Translations under genes and position numbers: made by a program
Assembly (NCBI GenBank): GCA_903789615.1
Contig: CAIFEV010000009.1
Span: forward strand, 3,296-67,295
Direction: 5' to 3'
Origin: an uncultured Lachnospiraceae bacterium
GTDB taxonomy: Bacteria; Bacillota; Clostridia; Lachnospirales; Lachnospiraceae
Length of the DNA stretch: 64,000 nt
Part shown: piece after piece, positions 38,309 through 46,678 of the stretch
How the letters are laid out: each line of letters opens with the position of its first letter
How positions within the stretch are numbered: the stretch's first letter is position 1
Notes under the pieces: model-generated
The model's input: the letters and a program-made list of their open reading frames with translations, nothing else
Database searches by the model: none
Told to the model about the DNA's origin: nothing

Positions 38309-39742
38309 ATGAGCAGAAACACACAGACAAAAGGGACATATGAACTGTTTGCCAGTGCACCGGTGAGCAAAGCCGTGTGGACCATGGCACTTCCGACCAT
38401 CATCACGCAGCTGATCAACATCATCTACAATTATGCGGACACCTGGTACGTCGGGCGGACCGCCAACGCGGCCATGGTGGCGGCTTTAGGGGTCTGTTTC
38501 CCTGTATTTGTCATCATGGCGGCGGTGGCGAATCTGTTCGGCGTGGGCGGCGCGAGTGTTATCTCCCGTGCGATGGGGCAGAAAAATCTCCGCAAGGCGC
38601 GCCGTACGTTCGCGGCGGCCTTCTGGGGCGGCATGGCGGCGGCTGTTCTGTTCATGCTGGTGATCCTGTTTTTCCGCGCGCCGCTCATCCGTCTGGTCGG
38701 CGGCGATGACGCGGATTTTCAGTACGTGTCTGATTACATGTTCTGGACGATGATCATCGGAGCCGTTCCGACGATCGGAAATGTCCTGTGCGGCCACCTG
38801 GTGCGCGCGATCGGCGCGTCAAAGGAAGCGGGCTTCGGCATGTCCATGGGCGGCGTTCTCAACATCGCCCTGGACCCGCTGTTCATGTTCGTGATCCTGC
38901 CGTCCGGCATGGAGGTGACGGGGGCCGCGATCGCGACGCTGCTCTCCAACACGTCGGCCCTGGTGTATTTTCTGATCTACATTCTGAAGCGCCAGAAGAA
39001 GGAGAAGGACGGCATCATCAACATCCGGCCGGTGAAGGCTTCCTGGAAAGACGGGAAAGCTGCGGAAAGCAGTAAGGATCGGATTATGCCGGAGATCCTG
39101 CTGACGGGCTTTCCGGCCGCGCTGCAGACGACATTTGCCATGGTTTCCAACATTTTCGCGAACGTGTACATCCGGCTGTACGGCAGCGGCGCGGTCGCGG
39201 GCATGGGAATCGCGAAGAAGGTCAACATGATCGCGTTCAACACGTGCATGGGCATGACGATGGGCGTGCTGCCGCTGATCGGCTTTAGCTACGGCGCGCG
39301 CAGCTACAAACGCATGCGCAGCATCATCCGCTACACGGGGACGGTCGTGCTGCTCTTCGGAATCGCCTGCGCCGCCATTTTCATCACGCAGGCACCGCAT
39401 CTCGTGCGTTTCTTTATTGACGAGGACACGTCCGTGATGTACGGCACGCAGTTCCTGCGCATCATCGGCTACGCGGCTCCGCTGGCGGCGGTATCCTATC
39501 TGTGCGTCACCGTCTTCCAGGCGTGCGGCCGCAAGTGGTCCGCCTTCGCGCTCTCCATCCTGCGCAAGGGCGTGTTCGACATTCCGGCAATGTATGTCTT
39601 CCGCACGGTGCTGGGACTCGGCGCGGCTGGCGTCTGCCTTGCCACGCCGTTTGCGGAGGTGCTCGGCGCCATCGTCGCCCTGAACCTCTACGTGCGCTTC
39701 CGCCGGGAGATGGCGGCAGACGAACGGACCGGCAAAGAATGA
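38309..39742 (+). CDS. MATE-family efflux transporter
   Basis: 477 aa with 12 TM segments. The N-terminus is of the typical ...PVSKAVWTMALPTIITQLINIIYNYADTWYVG type. Confidence 0.85.
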   Translation: MSRNTQTKGTYELFASAPVSKAVWTMALPTIITQLINIIYNYADTWYVGRTANAAMVAALGVCFPVFVIMAAVANLFGVGGASVISRAMGQKNLRKARRTFAAAFWGGMAAAVLFMLVILFFRAPLIRLVGGDDADFQYVSDYMFWTMIIGAVPTIGNVLCGHLVRAIGASKEAGFGMSMGGVLNIALDPLFMFVILPSGMEVTGAAIATLLSNTSALVYFLIYILKRQKKEKDGIINIRPVKASWKDGKAAESSKDRIMPEILLTGFPAALQTTFAMVSNIFANVYIRLYGSGAVAGMGIAKKVNMIAFNTCMGMTMGVLPLIGFSYGARSYKRMRSIIRYTGTVVLLFGIACAAIFITQAPHLVRFFIDEDTSVMYGTQFLRIIGYAAPLAAVSYLCVTVFQACGRKWSAFALSILRKGVFDIPAMYVFRTVLGLGAAGVCLATPFAEVLGAIVALNLYVRFRREMAADERTGKE

Positions 39743-39778
39743 TGAACGACATATAACAAATGACAAATGCAGAAAGAG

Positions 39779-39831
39779 GCTGCAGAGGCAGAGAACCGAC
39801 TGATGGTAACTCTGACCCGGCAGCTCTTTTT
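39779..39831 (+). terminator. Possible terminator after the MATE gene
   Basis: A two-segment stem, GCTGC..CAGAG / CTCTG..GCAGC, is followed by TCTTTTT. Confidence 0.35.
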
Positions 39832-39904
39832 GGCTTTGACGGTGGCTCCATACGGGCTTTGCTGTACGGGGATGTTTCTGCCGTGAAGGAGAGGGAAAAA
39901 CGAA

Positions 39905-40774
39905 ATGAACGACAGATGGTATGTTTCAGGAGAAACACTTTTAAATCAGATCCGGGAGACGAAACTGCCGGATAATGCGCTTGCTTTCTGGTATCTCGGG
40001 CAGATGGGAATTCTCGTGAAATACCGGGATGAGCTTGCTGCGTTTGACGTGCTGCTCAGTGATCTGTGCCGGGCGGACGGAAGCGTCGGTGCCACAAACT
40101 ACAGGCCGCCGTTTGACGCCGGGGCTTTGAGCGGCCTGACGGTCTTTTTCGGGTCGCACGATCACGCCGACCATATCAACACGCAGACGCTGATTCCGCT
40201 TCAAAAGAGCAATCCGGACATGAAAATCATCATCCCGGAAGGTGTGAAGAGCCAGGTTCTTTCCCGCGGGCTTTCGGATGCGGGCGTCATCGGGGCTGAC
40301 GCGGGGCAGGAGATCACGGTGAGTCCGGACATTCACGCTCTGCCACTTGCATCGGCCCATGAGACGTACGACACGGATGGCAGCGGGCACAATATCTTCC
40401 TCGGGTATGCCGTGAAGATCGGACCGTTTTTCCTGTATCACGCGGGCGACACGGTTCTCACCGAACGCCTGATTTCGGATGTGCGCGCGGCTTGTTTTCA
40501 TGCGCACGTCCCGGGGCCTGACGCGGAGTTTCTGCCAATCAACGGCGCCGACCTGCCGCGCCATCGCCGTAATATCGTCGGCAACATGGACGAGCGGAGC
40601 GCCGCCTTCCTCGCGCAGGTAACCAATGCTGACCTTGTCGTGCCGCTCCACTACGACCTCGTGCCCGGAAATACCGTGAACCCTCTTGTGTTCGCGTCCG
40701 TCATGGACGAGGAATACCCCGGGAGAAAGTACGGGATTTACCGGCTCGGAGAGAGAGTAATTTTGTGGAAGTGA
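39905..40774 (+). CDS. MBL-fold metallo-hydrolase
   Basis: GSHDHADH is the HxHxDH motif and a later YHAGDT block is present. RBS GGAGAGGGAAAAA lies upstream. Confidence 0.82.
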   Translation: MNDRWYVSGETLLNQIRETKLPDNALAFWYLGQMGILVKYRDELAAFDVLLSDLCRADGSVGATNYRPPFDAGALSGLTVFFGSHDHADHINTQTLIPLQKSNPDMKIIIPEGVKSQVLSRGLSDAGVIGADAGQEITVSPDIHALPLASAHETYDTDGSGHNIFLGYAVKIGPFFLYHAGDTVLTERLISDVRAACFHAHVPGPDAEFLPINGADLPRHRRNIVGNMDERSAAFLAQVTNADLVVPLHYDLVPGNTVNPLVFASVMDEEYPGRKYGIYRLGERVILWK

Positions 40775-40782
40775 GTGGGTTT

Positions 40783-40809
40783 GGCGGATTTGGCGGATTT
40801 GGCGGATTT
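40783..40809. repeat. Perfect tandem 9-mer (GGCGGATTT) x3
   Basis: Read directly from the sequence, immediately after the MBL gene stop. Confidence 0.95.
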
Positions 40810-40866
40810 TTAGGCGGGCGGCCGGCGGCTCTGGCGGCGGGATGGAGGCATCCTGTGGTGAGCTGG

Positions 40867-41512
40867 GCGCATCGGGAAGACTTCCTGTGATTGAGCTGGG
40901 CGCATCGGGAACCTGCCATGAACTTGCTTTCCGATGCGCTCCCGGCTCCACGGAAAGTGGGGCATCAGTTCCATGGCCTCAAGCTGTTCGAACAGTATAC
41001 CTCCCGGATCCATGGAAGATGGGGCATCAGCGGAAAGGCCCCAATAATTTGGATTCCGATGCGGGGCGGCCGGCGGCTGACTTTGAGAAGCATCGGAAAT
41101 GAGCAGCAGGTGACAGATTTGATGATTTTTTGCGTGCCTTGAAAATAGCCTGTCATCAAAATTGAACGGGATTGGGCAGTTTCCGATGATTATTAAAGGT
41201 CAAATCGGTGGTTCAGGCATCTATTTAATCTGAGAAATATAAATCCGATGACGAGAAAGCCAGAAATGGGCTAAAAAATCATCGGGAATTAAATTAGGAA
41301 CCTGCGTTCCGATGAATGGCAGTTTTCCGGGGGGCACAAAAATCATCGGAATTCACGCAAAAACTTGTTTTTCGATGCATGGGTCCCTTCGGAGGGCACA
41401 AAAATCATCGAGAGTACACCAATAACTTGCGTTCCGATGCGTGGAGGCTTTTGTTGACCCCGTTGAAGGAGCGTGAGCATCGGAAACTTGCCAAGAATTT
41501 GGATTCCGATGC
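40867..41512. repeat. Hairpin-repeat array C1: about 10 GCATCGGAA/TTCCGATGC-type units
   Basis: Clear hairpins lie at 40902-40937, 41024-41062, 41090-41125, 41153-41189, 41279-41315, 41343-41378, 41405-41440 and 41477-41512. Degenerate units lie between them. ORFs in the track here are repeat read-through. Confidence 0.85.
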
Positions 41513-41711
41513 GTTGCATTCTGATGCGCTGCAGGCGCTTCAATTGCCGTCCCGGGAGGAACCTCGGGGAAACTTGGAAGAACCCCAGGAGGAGCCTCGG
41601 GAGAAAAAGAGGTCCGTCAGAAATCCCAGCCAGCTTTGTTCCTGCAAGTTTATCGTATACCTTCCGGCTTGCCCCGCCCTGTGGTATGATATTTACAGCT
41701 GGTTCAGGCGC

Positions 41712-41742
41712 CAGATTTTTCAGATTTTTTCAGCAGATTTTT
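41712..41742. repeat. Tandem CAGATTTTT(T) x3 microrepeat
   Basis: Read directly: CAGATTTTT CAGATTTTTT CAG CAGATTTTT. Confidence 0.9.
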
Positions 41743-41912
41743 CAATAGTCAGTTCCTGTGCATTTCAGAGCATGTCATACATGCCTTATTTTCGGCGGCC
41801 TTTTCAGGCATTTTTCATTACCCGCGGCATTTCTGCCGGCAGGGAAACAAATAAGAATAATCGGAAGAAGTCACGTAAACATAATAATTCTGCAAATTTG
41901 TGGAGGGAATGG

Positions 41913-42731
41913 ATGAAAAGCAAACTGATGAAGGCGGCAGAAGTATATCCGGAAGCAGGAAAGCGGCTGTCAGAGTTGAAGCGGACAGAAAGAATGCTGG
42001 AAGGCCGTCTGCTAAACTGTCCGCAGGGGAAGATTCATCTTGTGACGCGAGGTGAGCAGGTGATGTACTATCTGCGGAGACGCTCTTCGGAACGGTCCGG
42101 CGTGTACATCTCCGTTCGGGATGAGCAGAAAATCAGGACATATCTGCAGAAGGCATACGACGAGAAGCTGCTTCGTCTTGTAAAACAGGAAATAGGGGAA
42201 CTGGAAACGTTTTTGCAGACAAATGCAGAATTCCCGGAGCGGATCAGGAATCTGTACACTAAATTTCCGGATAGGGCAAGAAAATTCATCGATGCGGCCG
42301 ATCTGCCGGATGACGAGCTGGCGAGAAGATGGCTTGAAGCGGCATTTGATGCAAAGGAAATACAGGATATTCCGGTGAAGCTTGTGACAGAGAACGGCGA
42401 ATATGTCCGCTCGAAGTCGGAGCTGAACATCGCCAATGCGCTGAACAGACGGAAAGTGCCATATAAATACGAGTGTCCGCTCAAACTGCGCAGCGGTACG
42501 ATTTATCCGGACTTCACGATTCTGAATGTCAGGAAAAGAAAAGTTCTGTACTGGGAGCACCGCGGGATGATGGATGATCGCGATTATGCAAGACATGCGG
42601 TCCACAGACTCAGGGAATATCAGCAGAATCAGATTTATCCGGGCGACGGTCTGATTATAACAGAAGAAACGTCAGCCAGTCCTCTGGGGACAGATGAGAT
42701 CTATGCGGTTATCCGTAAGTTCTGTCTGTGA
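41913..42731 (+). CDS. Hypothetical protein with C-terminal PD-(D/E)xK-like (restriction-endonuclease-fold) motif pattern
   Basis: ATG at 41913 lies 4-5 nt after GGAGGG. The N-terminal half is coiled-coil-like. The C-terminal half has VRSKSELNIANAL...YPDFTILNV...LYWEHRGMMDD, an E...D...E-x-x-G spacing like TnsA/Vsr-type nucleases. This is recalled as a common Clostridia hypothetical-protein family. Confidence 0.7.
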   Translation: MKSKLMKAAEVYPEAGKRLSELKRTERMLEGRLLNCPQGKIHLVTRGEQVMYYLRRRSSERSGVYISVRDEQKIRTYLQKAYDEKLLRLVKQEIGELETFLQTNAEFPERIRNLYTKFPDRARKFIDAADLPDDELARRWLEAAFDAKEIQDIPVKLVTENGEYVRSKSELNIANALNRRKVPYKYECPLKLRSGTIYPDFTILNVRKRKVLYWEHRGMMDDRDYARHAVHRLREYQQNQIYPGDGLIITEETSASPLGTDEIYAVIRKFCL

Positions 42732-42766
42732 GATGAATGGCGGCGGCCAAAAGCTGATTATGAGAG

Positions 42767-43176
42767 GCATCGGAATTAGCAGCAGGCGGCGAATTGATGA
42801 TTTTTGCGTGCCCTGAATGCGGCACGTCATCAAAACTGAACCGGATAGAAAGATTCCGATGTTTTTTACGAGCATTGGAAACCTGCCTGTCATCGAAAAT
42901 GAATCAGATAGGAAATTTCCGATGATTTTTAAGGGGCAAATCGTTGATTCAGGCATCTATTTAACCTGAGAAAATTAATTCCGATGACGAGAAAGCTAGA
43001 AAGGGGCTAAAAAATCATCGGGAATCAAATACAAACCTGCGCTCCGATGAATGGCAGATTCCAAGCGGCCACAAAAGTCAGCGAAATATACGCAAAAACT
43101 TGTTTTTCGATGCATGGGTACCTTCGGTGACGGAGCGGAGGCATCGGAAGCTTGTTTTAAACTTGCTTTCCGATGC
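42767..43176. repeat. Hairpin-repeat array C2, homologous to part of C1
   Basis: Hairpins lie at 42767-42800, 42827-42861, 42890-42925, 43015-43050, about 43076-43114 and 43141-43176. The first three are followed by T-runs. Long blocks are collinear with 41064-41391. Confidence 0.85.
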
Positions 43177-43192
43177 GTGGCGCCTTCCCATT

Positions 43193-43254
43193 CAGCCTTC
43201 CCCCTCAGCCTTCCCCCTCAGCCTTCCCCCTCATCTTCCCCCTCAGCCTTCCCT
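43193..43254. repeat. Tandem 13-mer CAGCCTTCCCCCT (3 perfect copies plus 2 degenerate)
   Basis: Read directly from the sequence, between array C2 and the truncated binding-protein gene. Confidence 0.95.
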
Positions 43255-43309
43255 TTTTCCTTCTATTTCCTTTTCCGCCAGTTCACAGGACTGGCGCACG
43301 GCGTCCTGA

Positions 43310-43842
43310 AAGTCGGAGGCGATGGCGGAGAGCAGGTCGCCAGCATCATTCAGCAGAATCTGCAGGAGGCCGGCGTGACGATTCAGATTCAGGTCCAGGA
43401 GGCGGCGACGATGTTCGCGGGTCTGTTCTCCGGAAGCGTCGGGATCTCACTCGTCAACGCCAGCTACAGCTCCAACCCGATGTGGCTGAGGAGTTTCCTG
43501 ACCAATGACGCGACGACCTATATCAACGTTCAGGACGACACCTGGGACGAAATGTATGACAGATTTGTCGCGGCCGATACGGAGGAAGGCGAGATTGCGG
43601 CTGCCAAAGAGTTCCAGCAGCTGTGGCTTGAGAAGGAACCGTGCATCTTCTATGCGGCCAGTTACGAGGACTACCCGCACTCGGCAAGACTCGGGAACGC
43701 TGTCGGACTTCTTAATGACGCAAGCGGTAACCTTACTGTCTGGAACTGGTGCAGGTATATTTTGCTCAGCAGGATAAACAGGCATACCGGACACAACTGC
43801 GGGATTGTCAAACGGGATTTCAGGGATTATACTGAGTCCTGA
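43310..43842 (+). pseudogene. 5'-truncated remnant of an ABC transporter family-5 (Opp/Dpp-like) substrate-binding protein
   Basis: Only the C-terminal ~150 aa look SBP_5-like (...VASIIQQNLQEAGVTIQIQVQEAATMF...NVQDDTWDEMYDRF...AAAKEFQQLWLEKEPCIFY...). There is no signal peptide or N-lobe. The upstream part of the ORF reads through repeats. Confidence 0.6.
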
Positions 43843-43989
43843 ACCCATAGAGCCGGACCCCATTCGCCTGGTGCGAAAGGATCCGGCTTCTTATGGTGAA
43901 AACGCCGGAGCACCTCTAAGGCTTTTTCGACAGGAGTGCCGGCGTCTTCATTCATTTGCCAGATACGGTGTTGACGGAGGAGGAGTTGT

Positions 43990-45303
43990 ATGAAGTACGT
44001 ATTTACGAATGCCAGTCTCCTTGACGGCAGGTTAAACGAAAAGCAGAAGATGCCGGTGCAGGAGCACATGTCCATCACGGTCGACGGTGAGAAGATCACC
44101 GGAATTTACAGGGACGGCGAGGCTCCGGAGGAAGGATACACGAAAGTAGACCTGAAGGGCAGATATCTGATGCCGGGTCTCATCAACATGCACGTTCACA
44201 CCATCGGCCGCGGTGAGGCGCCGAAGCCGGTCACGGGCAAGGTTGACTACAAGGCGATTTTCAGCGCGCTGACGGCCACGGAAGAAAAGAAGCAGCAGAC
44301 GCTGCAGATGATCCTCGGCATCCTGAAGATGCATCTGTACAGCGGTGTCACCACGCTGCGCACCGTCGGCGGCCTGAAGGACCTGGACGGCGTCGCAAGA
44401 GATATGATCGCGGAGGGAAAGGCCGAAGGACCGCGGGTCCTTTCCTGCAACACGGCGATCTCTGTTCCGGGAGGCCACATGGCGGGATCCGTTGCGACCG
44501 AGTCGGCAAGTGTCGCTGACGCGCTGAAGGATCTGGACGCGATTATCGCCTCAAAGGTTGACTGGATCAAGCTTATGATCACCGGCGGCGTCATGGACGC
44601 CTCCGCGGAAGGCGAGCCCGGCGTGCTGCGCATGCCGCCGGAGATGGTGAAGGCCGTCTGCGACAAGGCACACGCTCTCGGCTACCGGGTATGTGCGCAT
44701 GTTGAGAGCCCGGAGGGCGTGCGTGTTGCCCTTGAGAACGGCGTCGACACCATCGAGCACGGCGCGAAACTGGATCAGCACATGATCGATCTGTTCAGGG
44801 AGCGCAAGGCAGCCCACATCTGCACGATCTCCCCGGCTGCTCCGTACGCGCTGATGCCGGACTCCATGACGCACAGCGGTGAAATCGGACAGAAGAACGG
44901 CGGCATCGTCATGCACGGCATCATTGACTGCGCGAGAGCCTGCCTTGACAACGGCATCCCGGTCGGCCTTGGAACAGATGCAGCCTGCAACTTCATCACA
45001 CCGTACGATATGTGGCGCGAGCTGGATTATTTCGTGAAGTACGACAAGGTTTCCCATGATTTCGCGCTTCACACCGCGACGCAGGTCAACGCGCAGATCC
45101 TGCACATGGACGACACGATCGGGACCGTCGAGCCCGGCAAATGCGCCGACTTCCTGGTGACCGACTATAATCCGCTCGATGACTTCGCCGCCATGAGACA
45201 GCCGGCTATGGTTGTCACGAAGGGCCGCATCATCGACAAGCCGGTGATCGACCGACTTCCGGATGTCGATAAGGCCCTGGACGAGCTGAGAGCGGGCATC
45301 TGA
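43990..45303 (+). CDS. Metal-dependent amidohydrolase family protein
   Basis: LMPGLINMHVHT is the HxH motif. VCAHVE, IEHG and GTDA blocks are present. RBS GGAGGAGGAG lies upstream. Confidence 0.82.
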   Translation: MKYVFTNASLLDGRLNEKQKMPVQEHMSITVDGEKITGIYRDGEAPEEGYTKVDLKGRYLMPGLINMHVHTIGRGEAPKPVTGKVDYKAIFSALTATEEKKQQTLQMILGILKMHLYSGVTTLRTVGGLKDLDGVARDMIAEGKAEGPRVLSCNTAISVPGGHMAGSVATESASVADALKDLDAIIASKVDWIKLMITGGVMDASAEGEPGVLRMPPEMVKAVCDKAHALGYRVCAHVESPEGVRVALENGVDTIEHGAKLDQHMIDLFRERKAAHICTISPAAPYALMPDSMTHSGEIGQKNGGIVMHGIIDCARACLDNGIPVGLGTDAACNFITPYDMWRELDYFVKYDKVSHDFALHTATQVNAQILHMDDTIGTVEPGKCADFLVTDYNPLDDFAAMRQPAMVVTKGRIIDKPVIDRLPDVDKALDELRAGI

Positions 45304-45332
45304 AGAGATACGGGAAGAATCAATCGGTGAAG

Positions 45333-45378
45333 AGCCAGCGAAACCGCAGGAAAACAAGCGGTTTCGCTGGCTTATTTT
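45333..45378 (+). terminator. Intrinsic terminator
   Basis: AGCCAGCGAAACCGC pairs with GCGGTTTCGCTGGCT (15-bp perfect stem), followed by TATTTTGCGTTT. Confidence 0.8.
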
Positions 45379-45463
45379 GCGTTTCTGCTTTCTGATTTTC
45401 GCGCGCTGATTTCGTAAATTTGCAAAGTGTTTGTGAATATATTGCTATAAGCCATCCGAAATC

Positions 45464-46486
45464 GTGGATTATTCAGGAATATTTACCAAACAGGAGGACA
45501 AGATACGTGAAAGAAATAAAGTGTATGGGGCAGCCGCTCTGACAGCGGCTCTTGCCGCGGGGGGTCTGGCCGGATGCGGCAGTTCATCGGGGACAACAAC
45601 GGGGGCGCCTGGGAGCAGTTCTTCCGCAGCCACTACATCGGCAGCATCCGGAAGTTCTTCCGGCGGCAGTTCGTCCGGCAGTGCGGACATGACATTCGCC
45701 TGGTGGGGCAATCAGGTGCGCAACGAAGAGACCCAGAAGGCCATCGAAGCGTATCAGAAGGCCAACCCCGGGATTACCATCGACGGGCAGTTCTCCCAGT
45801 TTTGCGACTACTGGCAGAAACTCGCGACGGCCTCGGCCGGAAACGAGCTCCCGGACGTCATCCAGATAGACTACTCCTATTTGAACCAGTACGTCTCCAG
45901 CGGCCTGCTCTACGATCTGTCCGGTTTTGTCTCGGACGGCACCATGGACACTACGAACTGGAACCAGTCCATGATTAACGCCGGCACGGTCGACGGCAAG
46001 CCATCCAACATGTATGTCGGATACCTGAATGTGGCGCAGGAAGGCCAGGAGCTGCTCATGACGACGCAGCCCAGCAAGGACCCGAAGAAGTCCAATTACC
46101 TGAAGCCGAGTATGTTCTACTCTGTGAGCCGCGACGCAAAGGACCCGAAGGCAGCGGCAGCGTTCATCGCATGGCTCACCAACAGCACGGAAGCCAATGA
46201 CTGCCTGAAGGGCGAGAGAGGCATCCCGCTCAACTCCACGATCGCGGATTCCGTAAAGGCACAGCTTCCGGAGAGTGAACAGGCCATCTATACATACGTC
46301 GAGGATGTCGTTGTGGACAACAGCTCCGACATCAATCCGCCGGATCCGTCCGGCAACTCCGAGGCCGTGAATGTCTTCAATCAGGTTCTCGAGCAGCTAT
46401 GCTACGGTCAGATGACACCGGAAGACGCCGCGTCGCAGATGATCTCTCAGGGAACGGCAGTTCTGAAGGCGAAGGCTTCATCCTAA
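45464..46486 (+). CDS. ABC transporter family-1 (sugar-type) substrate-binding lipoprotein, orphan and possibly 5'-frameshifted
   Basis: It has a lipobox ...AALAAGGLAGC, an S/G-rich linker and an SBP_1-like body. The only good RBS (CAGGAGGA) serves GTG at 45507, which is one base out of frame. No permease or ATPase genes are adjacent. Confidence 0.6.
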   Translation: MDYSGIFTKQEDKIRERNKVYGAAALTAALAAGGLAGCGSSSGTTTGAPGSSSSAATTSAASGSSSGGSSSGSADMTFAWWGNQVRNEETQKAIEAYQKANPGITIDGQFSQFCDYWQKLATASAGNELPDVIQIDYSYLNQYVSSGLLYDLSGFVSDGTMDTTNWNQSMINAGTVDGKPSNMYVGYLNVAQEGQELLMTTQPSKDPKKSNYLKPSMFYSVSRDAKDPKAAAAFIAWLTNSTEANDCLKGERGIPLNSTIADSVKAQLPESEQAIYTYVEDVVVDNSSDINPPDPSGNSEAVNVFNQVLEQLCYGQMTPEDAASQMISQGTAVLKAKASS

Positions 46487-46494
46487 GAAAGAAT

Positions 46495-46534
46495 GCAGCG
46501 GAACTCCCAAATTGGTGTGCTTCCGCTGCTTTTT
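46495..46534 (+). terminator. Intrinsic terminator
   Basis: GCAGCGGAA pairs with TTCCGCTGC, followed by TTTTT. Confidence 0.7.
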
Positions 46535-46678
46535 CGGATACCCTTCTTCCACGCTTTTTACCGCGCCCGGAAAGCGGTTTTACATAAAATTTGAATTCCG
46601 GCAGAGGTTATACAACCGGATTTTCTGTATAATATAGGGAATGACGGCAGTACAGAAGTCATCAGCAGGAGACGTGGT

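Noticed and set aside
41316-41912. N-terminal 199 codons of the 471-aa track ORF (41316-42731).
   Set aside because: This part reads through the hairpin array and tandem repeats and has no RBS. An internal ATG at 41913 has a good GGAGGG RBS and begins the recognisable protein.
40867-43176. Integron cassette with attC sites, or IS/MITE with terminal inverted repeats.
   Set aside because: There is no intI or transposase in the window. The hairpin arms lack the attC R/L-box consensus (GTTRRRY). The flanks are direct repeat arrays rather than terminal inverted repeats, and no target-site duplication is seen.
43051-43309. N-terminal part of the 263-aa track ORF (43051-43842), including a proline/serine-rich repeat.
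   Set aside because: It is a translation of array C2 and the 13-mer tandem repeat. Only the C-terminal part resembles a real (binding-protein) domain, so the whole is called a truncated pseudogene.
46535-46678. M-box (Mg2+) riboswitch upstream of mgtE.
   Set aside because: Only about 140 nt are available after the preceding terminator. None of the conserved M-box segments are recognisable by eye, and no leader terminator is present.
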